Shown: positions 1-13,289 of the stretch, piece after piece
Position numbering within the stretch: the stretch's first letter is position 1
Layout of the letters: each line of letters starts with the position of its first letter
Origin: Octopus sinensis
Taxonomy: Eukaryota
Direction: 5' to 3'
NCBI RefSeq assembly: GCF_006345805.1
Contig: NC_043003.1
Coordinates: forward strand, 36,394,001 to 36,458,000
DNA length: 64,000 nucleotides
Notes under the pieces: generated by a model
Databases searched by the model: none
Seen by the model: the letters and a program-made list of their open reading frames with translations, nothing else
Told to the model about the DNA's origin: nothing
Position numbers and translations under genes: made by a program

Positions 1-1510
1 CACACGAGTATGCATATACGTATACAGAGAAGGAGAAAGATTCACATTTACGTGAAAGTAGAAGTTAGCAAAAGAGAAATGTGTGCATTCAATGAAGCGT
101 AGTGTTTTTGCTTTTCGCGCAGCTCCAAAGGCATTGCTTGCGATGTCTTTGTTGACTAAATTTGATATTTTTTCATAATTAATAAAATATGCACATTTGT
201 AGTTATACGAAGTGTTTAGCAATAAATTTATTCCTTTAAAATTTCTATATCTTATTTGTTTTCAAGGTGTTCTTTAAAATTTCATGCGTTATATTTCGAA
301 ATAAGTACAGAATTTTTAAGACAGTATTTACTTATCTGGAGAAACCCTTGTGTGGAGCATGAGTTAAAGCACCCTCAAGATTATTTAGAAGTAGGGTATC
401 TTCAAGCCCAACACCTTCAAATGCCTGCAAAAGAGTGATTTTCTGCAAAGATACCCGGAGTGCCAGATCGTGGTGTTAAAATGGGCTACGAATCGAGTCT
501 ACTTGACATCAATTTTACTTGTGCGATTCAGCATTTGGTTTTATTGCCTTTGGTAGCCAGCGAGGAAAATTTATTTTTATTAATCTTATTTTTCTAAAGG
601 AGTACAAAACAGAAGTATTGCAAATCTAATTAATGCTACAAGAATTTTATATTCTTTTACTTGGTTCTCTTCCATTTTTCATTGTTGCGTGCATACAGCC
701 CTTATGTAGTGATTATTATCACTAATATGGTGAAATGAATTTCTGTCCTATACTAAAACAAATATATGAATGTCTCCTCAGGTCTTTTATCCCGATCGAT
801 CTCTAAGTTGCCTCGCGTAACCGAAAAAATTTTAGCACAACTCCTCAGATTACCTCTCTTTTCAAGAACCACGATATGTATATTTTCCGAGCACCTCCGA
901 ATATTTTCTTTGCTGGCATACGAAGATCTTTCTGTCTCAAAAACAAAAGTAGGTCACTCTATCCTTTTTTTTATCCAAAGAAACTCAACTTTTAATGAGG
1001 CTGAAATCGAGTATGTATCTTTATTCTACAATCTATATAATTCTCGTTTAGTTATTTTTTCCAGCTTATTTAGGAAAGACAGTGATTTCAACCTCAAGAT
1101 AAGCTCAGCTGCTGATTGAATACTCGTATCCACCACACATATGGTAACTTTCAGACATAAACCCACTGGGAATATATACATATATTTGGGGTGAGGTGAG
1201 TCTTAAAGCTTTCTATATTTTCCGGAGCATAACATTTGAACCACTCATGTGAACAATGCATTTTCACAGCTTTCATCCTCAAACGATTATCAATTTTGAA
1301 CACGGAACACAGCTTTATATAAACTGCCTTATACTATGTAGGACAAGTTAATCATCGTATTGGCTAAGGCAACTGACTACGCGTGCAAACATTTTTACAG
1401 CTTTGAAAATTTCCAAGTAGTAACTTTCCTCCTCTCCTGCATTTTTGCAAAATAGTTCGGCACTTTTAGCAATACAGTCCATATATAATGTTTGTCTGTT
1501 ATAATTGGTG

Positions 1511-1814
1511 ACTTTGTTCCTTCTCGAGCCACGTCTGGCTCATAAGGGCCGGTTTCCCGGTTTCCTTCGCGTATAGGTTTCCCACCTGGACGGGACGCCA
1601 GTCCGTCGCAGGTGAGCTGCTAGATGCAGAAGGAAAGAGGGAGAGAAAGTTGTGGCGAAAGAATCAGCAGAAGTTTGCCATTACCTCCTGCTGGAGCCAC
1701 GTGGAGTTTAGGTGTTTCGCTCATGCACACACACATCGCCCGGTCTGAGATTCGAACCCATGATCCCTCGACCGTGCGGTCCGCTGCTCTAACCACTGGG
1801 CCATGCGTCTCCAC
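1511..1814 (-). mobile_element. tRNA-derived SINE, full length, with MetaSINE-like 3' domain
   Basis: Minus strand starts GTGGAGACGCA-TGGCCCAGTGG (A box)...GGTTCGAATCT (B box). The 3' part CTGCGACGGACTGGCGTCCCGTCCAGG...GAAACCGGGAAACCGGCCC resembles the Meta domain (recalled). 11-bp TSD with 1 mismatch: TATAATTGGTG 1500-1510 / TGTAATTGGTG 1815-1825. Homologous to copies at 26128 and 62954. Confidence 0.9.
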
Positions 1815-2277
1815 TGTAATTGGTGTAGGAAAGAAGCAAGTTAGATTTCCACTTTTGATAATGACGTTCCTTCAGAATTATTTTCTTTTTACAAACTACG
1901 AATGATCGAGTTGTTGTTAGGACTGTTATGTCTGTTTTTCTTTAATGATATTTGGATATTCTTCTCTTTAAGGATTATGGTTTGTTGCTGTTTTATACTT
2001 CAGAAGACAGAGAAAAAAGAGAAAAAAATATACCTCAATAAACAGAAAATCCGCCTGAACACAAACATCTGATTTCCAGATTTACAGATTCTGTTGGAGA
2101 ATAATTTTCTTAAAATACTTTTCCGCATACTGTTCCTTATGTTCCATGGTTAAAACATCCTGAATCTATAAGAACAATATGAAAACACATCTGAACAAGT
2201 CAAAAGTCAATAATAATAATAATAATAATGATAAAGTAAAACCCAGTGCAACAAAATTTGATCACTAATACAATTAC

Positions 2278-2322
2278 CGTGCCCCACATTTGTCGTTCTG
2301 TGAAAATTTGTATTTTGTCTAA
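2278..2322 (-). other. candidate 45-nt exon
   Basis: Acceptor GTTTCTTTTCAG| and donor ACG|GTAATT; 112-nt GT-AG introns can be drawn on both sides (2434-2323, 2277-2166). Open in two frames (LDKIQIFTERQMWGT or VRQNTNFHRTTNVGH); product not recognised. Confidence 0.35.
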
Positions 2323-2434
2323 CTGAAAAGAAACATATATTACAGAAATTCTGTAATAAAATAAATTTTGTGTTGCCTCGTAAAACTAAATTATATTTAT
2401 TTATATATTTCACTAAATTGAGCTGTCTGCTTAC

Positions 2435-2457
2435 CGCCATTGGCAATTTTGTTAACT
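2435..2457 (-). other. candidate 23-nt micro-exon
   Basis: Acceptor TTTTATTTATAG| and donor GCG|GTAAGC; ends in ATG GCG. Confidence 0.3.
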
Positions 2458-3059
2458 CTATAAATAAAATTTAACTTAGTAACCTAGTTGAACTAATAAA
2501 TTGTGACGAATAGTTTGATTTATACAAATTCAAACGTCAAAAACTAAAAAAAGTAAATAGAAATCTGTTGAACTCTGTCTTTCGGCAATATATAAAGTTG
2601 TATGAACTGAGCTACAAATTTGGAATATAGTATGTATGTTATCATTTTTCCTTTGGATACAATAATACATAAAAAAAATAATTTTTACTGTAATTTGTTG
2701 TGTCTGATTACATCGTTAATTATGCGACATATTAAATGCTGCATTTTAAACTATGAAACATTTCTGTTATGGTATTGAGATCAACGAAGTAGAAGAAACA
2801 TTAAACACTCAATTTTATGACTTCTGAAAGTTATTTGTCATTTATCTTGTAGTTCAAATCATAACGATCCAGACTTTACTTTTGCTTGAAGGGGCGATAC
2901 TATAAACTACCGAAATTTATCGTCAGTATTTCAGCGATGCGGTTATGATAACAAAGAACGCTATTGTTGACTAAATACTATGTATAAAAAGTATTTTTAA
3001 AAATCCTTTTACCCCAAACTGTGATACTACACTACTGTTGTTACTATGCTAGGAGACAC

Positions 3060-3530
3060 AAGCGAGAGATCGACTGTACCTCTTATCCTTTCAAGGTCAA
3101 TAAATGAGGTAGCAGTTGAGCACTGGGGCGGAATAATCAAGAGGACCCTGATCTAAATTTTCTGCCAAATTTGAAATCATTCTGAAGTGAAAAGATTCGA
3201 GCTGGCAGAATCATTAAAGTGTTAAAAAGTTACGCATCATATTATTTATTCGGAAGTTTTGCATTCAGCTTCCAAATCCCTCTATATATAACTTTGATTT
3301 TCACCTTTCCAGTTGAAGGAAGAGTCAAGTGAATACTGGAGTCGTACTAATCGACTAAGTGCCTCAAAAATATTGCTGCTTTTGTTCCTAAATCAGAAGC
3401 AGTTATTTTCGGATAAGGTGACTTGGTAGTTTAGTGCGTCAGAAAGAAAAAGATGCTATTTCTTCCGGCGTCTTATACGCTGTGAGACGTCCCAACGAGG
3501 TCAAGTTAATTTTCCCCCTCCCCAGTAACA
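3060..3530 (+). mobile_element. tandem cluster of about 3 decayed Nin/Deu-type SINE fragments
   Basis: Pieces such as GAGCTGGCAGAATCATTA, TATCCTTTCAAGGTCAATAAA, CAGTTGAGCACTGGGG and ATACTGGAGTCG...AATCGACTAA match the better copy at 6004. Confidence 0.65.
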
Positions 3531-4569
3531 AAATATTTGACTAGTCTTTGCATCCATTGTTTACTCCTTATGCATTTGTTATGAATTATTATACATACAT
3601 CGGTGACTTGTCAGGGTTGTTAAATTGTCTTCACTCCACTCCAAGTCAAGGCAATTCAATATTTCCTTTTCCTTTCCTCTATAACATTAGAGGTCCATTT
3701 CCACCAAATCAATACTTAATCGCATTCGAGAGCATTTCAGGCTGATCTTGCGATCTGCTAGAATCATATATTAACAGGGCGACTTATTAAGTGAACCAAC
3801 TATGTGCTAGAATAAGCAGATAAATTTCTCTGTATCATAATATAGTTCGGGATAAAAGGCTCCTGAAAAAATAGAACGATCATAGTAGGTGTAGAATGCT
3901 TCGTAGGTGCTCTCCATGAGGATTCACATAGGACTAAAATCTCTAACACACTATTTCTCGCAAATATATCCCCCTCTCTTATACATTTTATCCCTAAAAT
4001 CACTCTCTGTCATTTTCAAAAGAAAAAGTTACATTCGGTAACGTAGTCTGAGGTAGACTATGTTTTAATAAAATTAATCTCATAACAGAAACCTCATTGA
4101 TTATAGATCTACTAGATCAAGGTTGACCTGCAGCTAAACTACTGCAAAAAATAAAACATAAACATGTAATAATATCAAATTGTAAACATAAGAGAATAAC
4201 ACTTGAGATGAAGTTTTTATTAAGTTTAATTTCAATCATTCAGTTACTGTCACTCTATAATTAAATCACAAAGTTGTCAGTTCGATCAATTTTATATTTA
4301 TCCTTCTACAAATGCTTCGTCGACTGTCATTAAAAGAAATAATGCTTAAACCCCATACTGTTAACAGCTTTATACTTGATACCACACTGTCTCTATATTT
4401 TTTTTTTGGCGGGGTGGGGGTCTTTGTAATTTCTTTTCTAAATTTGTCTGCCATTTGCTTGTGTTCATTTTCTCTTCAGGTCGACTCTAATTTTTAATTC
4501 TATTTTGAATTAAAATTTGTGAGCAAAATAGTGCGTTTGTTTACAGGTTTTGCGCAAGCGTGGCTTCTA

Positions 4570-4830
4570 ACATTGGCCTAAACCGACCGAAGTCTTGTGA
4601 ATAGATTTGATAGACGGAAACTAAAAAGAAACCCGTGCTATGTGTGTTTGTGTATGTGTGTGTGTATGTGTGTGTGTGTGTGTATGTTTGTGTGTGTGTG
4701 TGTGTGATTGCGCTCGCTCGCATTTATCTATATATATTAGTATCTTTGTGCTTCTATCTATCCTCACCACCGCTTGCCAACCGGTATTCTTTTCTTTACG
4801 TCCCCTAAAAGTAGCGGTTCCGCAGAAGGT
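4570..4830 (+). mobile_element. decayed SINE with internal (TG)n tract, same family as 60315-60683
   Basis: CCGACCGAAGTCTTGTGAATAGATTTGATAGACGGAAACTAAAAAGAAACCCGT-(TG)n-CACCACCGCTTGCCAACCGGT...TTTACGTCCCC; antisense-homologous to 60315-60683. Confidence 0.75.
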
Positions 4831-5100
4831 AAGCAGAAGTCCTCCTCCTTTGAAAGCAAACATTTTCTCAACTATAACTATAATCTTTATGCTCTCCAAC
4901 TCCGTTGACTGTTCACCGATACATGAAGCTGTCCTTGAAAGGATGAGACATAAATATCGTTAAGTTTAGCCCAAACACCTGTATGAACATGTTTGTATCT
5001 GATATTTACCATCGGAGGATATACACGTATCCGATAAACCATATCATTTACTTTTCTCAGTCATTGAACTGGAGCCATGCTGAGCATACACTAGAAGAAT

Positions 5101-5240
5101 TTAGATGAACATATCGAAACTTGTACCTATTAATTAATTATTTAACTTATTTAGATGAACATATCGAAACTTGTACCTGTTAATTAATTGTTTAACTTAT
5201 TTATTTAAATAAGTTAAATAATTAATTAATAGGTACAAGT
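5101..5240. repeat. 50-bp tandem duplication followed by a 35-bp inverted copy (hairpin)
   Basis: Units 5101-5150 and 5151-5200 differ at 2 sites. 5206-5240 is the exact reverse complement of 5119-5153. Confidence 0.95.
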
Positions 5241-6003
5241 CATCACTCTTTTACAACTAGGATAGATATTAACTTTTCTTCAAGAAATCATCTCTTCTCA
5301 TTTTATCCATTCTTTGTTTTCTCGTCACTTGACATCTGTAATATAACCCGTCGGTTGTGGGACTTCTCTTATGACTTACTTGTGACCTCACCAGTGACAG
5401 TGATGCAAGATCGGTCTATACACCGAGTACACATCTATGCATGTTTAGGCGCAAACGTGTAAGTATGTAGCTATATAGAATACATGCCACTGTCTGAATA
5501 ATGTCAATCATTAGTGTCAACGCGGAATTTTACTTGGTTCCCCAAAATAAGCGATATAATAATATATAAAAACCGAAAATCGGACTTCCGTGCTCAACTA
5601 AATCTACCGAGGAACCGGATAGTGATGTTTATTAGAAACATGGTTTAAGTCTACCACTCACATACGCTAAGGTATGAGTTCATTTTAGAAATTAAAGAGC
5701 CGCAATAACTACTTGAAAGTATCTGGTCCGATGCCCTATCGATCGCTTTATTTAATAACCTCTGAAGAATAAAAGGTACGGTTGTTCCCGGTGGGGCTTG
5801 AAAACTTCAATAGAATCCAAATAGCATTTTTCTTGATATATCAGCCAAATTGCCACCTAAATACGTTTCAGAGGAGCATTCTTTAATCAAAATTAACAAC
5901 AGAATAATTATTTCCTCTATATTCCTCATCGAAGAATAGTTTCTGCTTCAATTAAATACTTTCTCCGCCATTTATTAAAAATATTCCCAATATGTGAGTA
6001 TAT

Positions 6004-6211
6004 AAGGCGGTGAAGTGGCAGAATCATTAGCACTCCGGGCGAAATGCTTAGAAACAATTCGTACGTTCTGAGTTCAAATTCCGCCGAGATAACTCACCGT
6101 TTTATTATTTCGAGGTCGATAAAATAAGAACCAATTGAATACTGGAGTCCGTTTAATCGACTTAGCCCCTACCACAGATTTGCTGGGCTTGTGCCCAAAT
6201 TAGGAACCAAT
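6004..6211 (+). mobile_element. tRNA-derived SINE with Nin/Deu-like domain
   Basis: AAGGCGGTGAAGTGGCAGAATCATTAGC (A-box region), GAGTTCAAATTC (B box), GGTCGATAAAATAAGAACCA (Nin/Deu-like core) and CTTGTGCCCAAATTAGGAACC tail. More than 10 related copies in the window. Confidence 0.88.
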
Positions 6212-6557
6212 AAATCATTAAAAAGGAGGAGATGTTATATTAATCGTAGGTACATCATTTCATTATTAATTTTATTAAATAAATTGCGTTAAATTTGTAT
6301 GTATATTACAATGCGGGTTTGTGAAATATCTTACTCTAATGCTGAACTATAGCTCGCATGCAGCAATGCAGTACAAGGCGGGTTAAGTTGAATGTAAAGC
6401 ATTCCAAACGAAAAAGATATTCATATTTTTATATGCACATACTGGCGTAATTATTTCCACGAATATATGTACAGACTTTGGATGCGCATATCAACACACA
6501 CACATAAATATATATACTTACACACACAAATGCACACATGCGCACACACACACACAC

Positions 6558-6588
<31 letters not shown>

Positions 6589-7315
6589 CGTGTGTATATA
6601 TATGTATGTATGTATAAATATATATATACATATTTATATATTTATATTTAGACATACTTATATATCTGTTTACATATATGCTTGCATATGTATACACACA
6701 GTACACACACACACACTTCACATACACACGTACACACGTACGTGTATGGGATTGGTTTGGGCTGTCCGTCTAACAGTACGCGATAGTGATGGAAGTCTAC
6801 AGATAATATTCACGTTGCTTCATCGAAATATTCTCATTTCTCCCAGCTCCCTCTCCTACACCTATACGTTCATTTAGAAATGACACCGGCATACTGAGTA
6901 AGATTAATAAATAGGACTATATACTATAAAAGATGTTCAGCGTTAGATAAACAGATCAAAGTATTGTGGTATATGGCTGCATTGATCCTAATTTCATCCA
7001 ACTCCCAATTAGGCTCAGTTTAGATATTCATAGAAAATAAAACAGTATCTCGTAGACTTTTTACTTTGCAGATCAATATATGAGCTTAACGAATTAGGCA
7101 TCATCAGGTTATTCATATTGTAGTTTTCGTTCTCCTGTTTCTTTTGATTTTAGAAGTATACATGCATGTATATGGATGCATGTGTGAATGTATCTGAATA
7201 CGTCGGTGTGTAAATTCTGTAGACAAAAGCAGTAGATAGCATATTTGAAAGTGTAGAATGCTAGCAAACGGAAAATGTGGATGCACATCCACCTCCCACA
7301 CACGCACGCACATGC

Positions 7316-7452
7316 TCACACATACACATACATAGACATATATATGTATGTATATGTATATGTATATACATACACATATGTATATATATTCATATATATA
7401 TATATATGTATATATACGCAGATATACATATGCATATATATGTGCATATATA

Positions 7453-7509
<57 letters not shown>

Positions 7510-7600
7510 TATATACATGCACTCACATACAAACACATCTATCTATCTATATATATATATCTCTCTGTATATATATATATATATCCATACACACACGCAC
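7316..7600. repeat. compound (AT)n/(AC)n microsatellite
   Basis: Directly visible; source of several spurious YIYI ORFs. Confidence 0.95.
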
Positions 7601-8051
7601 TGATAGAGTGATAATCATAGAAGGAAGAATATACTTGCCTTGTGTATATAGTTCTCAACAGAATATGTTAGATGAAAATAATGTTATAAAATTTCACTTC
7701 ATCATAATATATCTCACTCCACAAATTTGTATACGTATCAATGATTGCTGGGTGACGTGAAATTCTTGTGAATGTTTAGGTATATATTATCAGCATGTAT
7801 GTCTATGTGTATTAAATGTATGCATGTACATACATGCATATATATTTGTGGGTATATCTCTCAAATACATGTGTGTGTTTATGTGTGTGTAAGTAAATGA
7901 AGGAAAGTCATGTAATAATGTTAAACACTTTTAGTTGGATTCACACAGTTGACCGTACGTTTACGATATTTAAATCACGTAAAGTTGAATCAAGCTATTT
8001 CACTCACACACACACATATATATAAATATATATATAAATAAATATATATAA

Positions 8052-8082
<31 letters not shown>

Positions 8083-8818
8083 AGGCGTCTCTAAATTAAA
8101 GCAACCGAAGTTTCGGCCTTTAATAACTGTTATTGAATGTGATAAGGAATCAAAATTGTATATATATAAATAGTGGATATACCGTATAAGAAATTGGAAT
8201 ATAAGGGATTTTTACGCTGTATTACACCATTTTCATGCATTCTGATGCAACGTTTCTTAAATTATTGGTTTGTCCTTTTCTGGAAGTGCAAGATATGCAA
8301 CAAACATTTTGGTTGATCAAATATGGTCTAAGGTTTCTTTAACGGAATTGTCACATCGGCACGTACTGTAATAATGTGATTTTAATATGAAGAAACTGAT
8401 GTCACACTTATACGGGATATAATAATGAAATATATCTATTTGGTGTTGAATAAATAGGGACGATTCTCACAATGCTATTGAGTTTAGTGACTATTATGAA
8501 TACAGCTTTTTCCAAATTCCTGTATCGAATATGAAATGAAAAGACATAGGTTAAAAGAAATAATCTTGGAGGCTGGTAAGTAGATATTTGTAATTGTACA
8601 AAGCAGTTACGTAGGTTAATTTTAGGTTCATTCGTTGGTTTATTTACAAACGGTGAGCAATTTTCTGGATTTGCTAATGCACAGAGTCAAAAATGGTTGC
8701 TGCTAGTTCGATAGTTGCAATGTTTGTATTTGAGAGGATGAAACGGGTTTCTTCATCCTGTGTTTGGAGCAATGCCCCGGGGTTGGTATGGTATAGTATT
8801 TTACATCCTTGCGCTTAC

Positions 8819-8964
8819 CTGTTCACTATGAAAACTGAGATATGAATAACCGTAGCGTGGTACAGCAGGAATAACCGCTGTGTGTGAAGCTGCCGGTTAC
8901 TTCGATGTTCAATGAAGTTTGAATAATATTCATAATGAAATTCGTACATTAGGTAAGTGAAGTT
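8819..8964 (-). other. candidate 146-nt exon
   Basis: Branch-like CTGAC, acceptor CTTTTTTGCTCTACAG| and donor CAG|GTAAGC. One frame is open throughout (NFTYLMYEFHYEYYSNFIEHRSNRQLHTQRLFLLYHATVIHISVFIVN). No family recognised. Confidence 0.4.
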
Positions 8965-10324
8965 CTGTAGAGCAAAAAAGTTTGGTGTCAGTTTTGCGTA
9001 ATGCTTTATGCATATTGACTAGTCTACAGCTTAAAATGAACTAATGTCTCCCAGTTATCTTTTCTCTTTTAGGTTCCCGTGTCAAGTTTATTAGAAAATC
9101 AGCATTTTTTTCAAAAGAACACTATTACGTATTTTTATGCAAACACATAAAAAACGTGATTGTGAAGCTGTAAATGGCAGCACATCTTCAATATTACAAA
9201 CACACATCCAAGCACCACAGAGTTAACTGTCATTGTCTTCACATATATTTCTTACTGATTCTAGCAAACACGTTTTATAGTCATGGACATTACTATTGCT
9301 AACAGTGGAAGACCACTAGAACAAAGAAGTGTGAACATTGATATTTTATTGCAGGACACTATATGACTAAGGTCAATGAACACTAATGTCTCCTTTGATA
9401 TCAGGTTCACATTTTGCAAAAACCTCTGTAATATGAAAACGTTCCGTCCTTAGTTTCTAAATTTTATATACTATCGTAAGCCCAAATTAACAGGATTACT
9501 CGTCTCAAACCGCATTCGGTTTTTCGGTTTTCAGGCATATATAACTTTTCATTAAATCACCTTGTCTTGTAAATAATTATACATTATACGCATGCATGCG
9601 TATGTGCATATATACGTTTGTGTTTGTGTGTGCGCGCGTGGGAAATATGGAGCAAACATCATAGGTATGAGACACAGAGATACATATATATATATACATA
9701 TGTGCGCGTGATTGTGTGCGTGTGTGTATAAAGTAAATATTAATAGTAATTTCTTAAATGTAATGAGTAGCAAAATTAGCAAGTTTCAAGAAAAAAATCA
9801 AATTTCAAAAGAAATAAGAAGTTGCTACGATTAATGAAGCACTTAATTCTCAGACATATAATTTTCAAGTTAGCTATCGGAAACTTCATTGCAAAATTAT
9901 GTAAGAAGATATATGAGAGAATGTGCATAACTTAACATAGAACTTGCTATGCAAGTTCATAATGCAGAATCTGTAATATAGAGGCTAATTAAAACATCCA
10001 GTCCATCAAAAGAAACGTCCCTTAAGGGAAAGCAAATGTGGGTTTGTCAAAATTGTTTAAAGCTATCAAGAGCGTATTAACTCTTATAATATTCCAGAGA
10101 ATATATTCAAGAAGGTGAAAATATTGATGTACTAACGAGCGGAAACTTTTACTTGGTTCCGGGAATACTCCTGAAACGTGCATCGAAGCAGAGACAACCT
10201 CATTTTGTTTCCCTTGAAAATTCCTGTGATCAAGTTTGCGTGACAACACCATCAACAGTATATGCTTTTGGGGAAAATAGAATAAACTTTATTAGAATAT
10301 ATTTGGGCAATAATTAAAACTTAC

Positions 10325-10518
10325 CTCTATATTTTGGCAATATATCAGAGTTTATTTATTCATAGAAATGTACTTGTTTTCTTTTAATGATGTAAAATTC
10401 TTAGGATCTTGATTCTTCCTTTATAGTGTGTCCGAAATTCTAAATTATTCAATAATAGTTTTTTAAAATGTTCATATCTAATCCTGGCAGCAATTACAAC
10501 TTTTAAGGAGTGTTCCGT
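10325..10518 (-). other. candidate 194-nt non-coding exon
   Basis: Pyrimidine tract ending CTCTCATATTTAG| and consensus donor GAG|GTAAGT; stops in all three frames. Confidence 0.3.
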
Positions 10519-10673
10519 CTAAATATGAGAGTTCGCATAAAAGAAAGAAAAATACAAATATTTTAAAACAAAAGAAATTTAATTTTCTTATGGGTGGGGG
10601 ATCTCAGTTTACTTAAACTTGCCGCCCTCAGCCTCCACCACGGTTTAGGATGACACCGGAACCTGATGCATAC

Positions 10674-10815
10674 GTTCCTTATTGATACATGTAACTCTTT
10701 TCCTTATATTCAGATGGATTCCAGACCTTCATATTAACCAGGTCTTTCTCCACGACAACTTCAGTGTTTCTTCTCTCGCGTGCTGTTGCTTGTTCGCCAA
10801 TACAGCAAACGGTTC
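10674..10815 (-). other. candidate 142-nt exon (UTR or lncRNA-like)
   Basis: Strong acceptor TTTTGTGTCTCCTCTTTTCAG| and donor AAC|GTATGC; GC-richer than flanks; stops in all frames before the donor. Confidence 0.45.
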
Positions 10816-12923
10816 CTGAAAAGAGGAGACACAAAACATGGACGCTTATAGACCTAGCACCCCTATGCACACATATATATGCACTACTCTCTCTGTAGCT
10901 CTCTCTCTCTCTCTCTCTCTCTCTCTATTATTCTATCCCGCCTTCTCTCTTTCTCTCTCCCTATTAATCAATCTATTCATTTATGTATCTATCTATGCAG
11001 GTATGTATGTACACGCACACACACACACATACGTACATAATATTTACATTCAAATATATACATTCATATATATATATATATATATATGGGTGTGTGTGTG
11101 TGTGTGTAGATATATACACTTGTACTGGGCGTGGGTGTCTCGTTATATGCCTAGGTTTTGTGACCATTTATATCACTTCAAGGGCAGTGTTATATGGAAT
11201 ACTTCACCCCAGGCAACGTGCTCCGTATTTTTCTTGCTCTTTCACATAGAAAACAAACTACATTCCTATAATGTAGGACAAAGGCAGTACAGACATAAGG
11301 GATGTAGCACGGGAGAGATTATAAAGTAGTAGCGGAAATTGCAAGAAAAAATGATTAGTTGTAGGTCTGTAGGACGGGATTCAACAGAAGTGAACTGCTA
11401 GATGTTATGTACAGAAACGTTTAAAAATTCTCTTCATAATATATGTCGTATCATCGGCGAGCATGTAAGATATATCGGCTTGAGTGTGTTTTCAGTCACC
11501 ACTAAATCATAAATGTAACAAAGTGATTATTGTAAGAAATATATACAAGAATTAAATCAACCGTACAGGTTTTATCTAATGAAAAAATTATTGTATTATC
11601 ATTTATTGGTTTACAAGTGCCGTCGATTAATGTAGCCGCAGTTCCATCTAAGTCTTATAATGTATGTATAGAATTAGAGGGAGCTGTGTATAATTCTACA
11701 CCATCAAGTTTTGGAAGTCACCTTCTGAAACCCATAGATTTAGGCACTATTCATAAATCATTCCAAAAGATACCAGGCTTTTTTTGATATAGGGAACATT
11801 ACTCGCCCAATATACGAATTTCATTATTGATAATATTCATACTTCATTGAATTTTTACATTACAAATTAAATAAAAGTAATCATTAAATCTGCTCGATAT
11901 TAATGTTTAATTACTCCTACCAAAATCTATCCCGTATTCTAATATGAAAGACATTTCTTACTAATCTTAAATAGAATTTATTATAATATTGCTAAATTTT
12001 TAATTTTCATCGTAATGCTCAGTTTATAAATAAAGGAACGTGTAACTTTATAAAACTTATTCAGACTTTCTAACTTAATTAGTGGTAATAGATAACTACA
12101 ATTGTGTTACTAAACAAATAATATTTATGAGCTTTTTCATGTTTCTAAACATTAATATAAAAGGATATTCAATATATTATTTTATTATTATTGGTTTTCT
12201 ATTGTCAAAGAGCTCAAATTATGATCAAAATCATTTTAACCTTACCTCAGGCTTATTTAAGAGATTTTGTCTACAGAATTATCCTATCACATATATAGTA
12301 TCGTTATATACAGGGTGTGATATGAAGTATAATTCGTTGCTATTCTTAGCGAGGTGGGTGACTATGTAGAGGATTTCTCGCTCAGTCTGAAATGTGGTAA
12401 TATATTTCCTATACTGTAGAGATATACTACCAACGATATTATATAAAGAGAGCAATCACAAATTTGGCAAGAAAATATAATCAATAAACTATTGCTGAAA
12501 CTATGCTAACAAGATGTTCCTGGTATTAGTATCTGATTGTAAAACAATGTATTTGATATTGACATAAACCCCTTGGAAAGTAGAAGCAAGTACACACTAG
12601 GAAGAATAAACAATGCTCAACACAACAAACATTTGAGTTGTATCATACGTTACTTAATGTTGCGTGAATACTTGAATGCTTACAATGTGTAATTTCATGA
12701 GGCAGAACATTTGGATACCTCTTTCGTTTGACGGTAAAATAAAATCGGAACTCTTATATCCAGTTCATAAGAAAGAGTACATCATTTAGATTTATAGGAA
12801 GGCTTCGTTTTCAAGCACTGCTCATTCATTAAACTGCCGGTTTATGGTATTTTGTAAGTGTCTCCTTTAGTTTAGCCATAGTTAGAAAGATGATTTAAAA
12901 ATGGTAAACGACGACAGACGCTC

Positions 12924-12957
<34 letters not shown>

Positions 12958-13005
12958 TCCGGTATCGTTTTTGCATCTAGTCTAGCAAATTACATTCAAT
13001 ACGGA

Positions 13006-13068
13006 CCGTGCTGAAGAAGTTACAGTTATCCTTGCGGATAATAATAACCGAAACTGATCAGTACATGG
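13006..13068 (+). ncRNA. minimal type I hammerhead ribozyme motif (Penelope/retrozyme-type), one stem II closing mismatch
   Basis: Stem I CCGTG/CATGG; core CTGAAGA 13011-13017; stem II GTTA..GTTATCC-TTGC-GGATAAT..TAAC; GAAA 13050-13053; palindromic stem III ACTGATCAGT; GUA cleavage triplet ending at 13063. Confidence 0.7.
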
Positions 13069-13289
13069 GTAATTATTTTATTTCGTATATTTTCAATTGT
13101 TTATTGCTTTGGTTTTGTGCTGAGTTTGATTTGAGAACATAATCTTTGTGGAGAATGGCGATTTGACGTCTATTTCTAGCATGTTGACTGTCCACTTTTC
13201 GTGTTCATTCCTTAATTGGTATATATATACATATATGTATATGTATATGTATATATACATATATACATATAGTTAGATAGATTTATATA

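Noticed and set aside
1740-1814. tRNA-like sequences with A and B boxes here and at other SINE heads
   Set aside because: No complete cloverleaf; they continue into SINE bodies with TSDs.
8653-8675. GTGAGCAATTTTCTGG resembling the miR-87 seed
   Set aside because: The 3' half diverges and there is no complementary arm.
8576-9072. Plus-strand splice signals (GTAAGT at 8576 and 8953; acceptor at 9072)
   Set aside because: The joined frames contain stops, one implied intron is only 50 nt, and the signals overlap the better minus-strand candidate. Not fully excluded.
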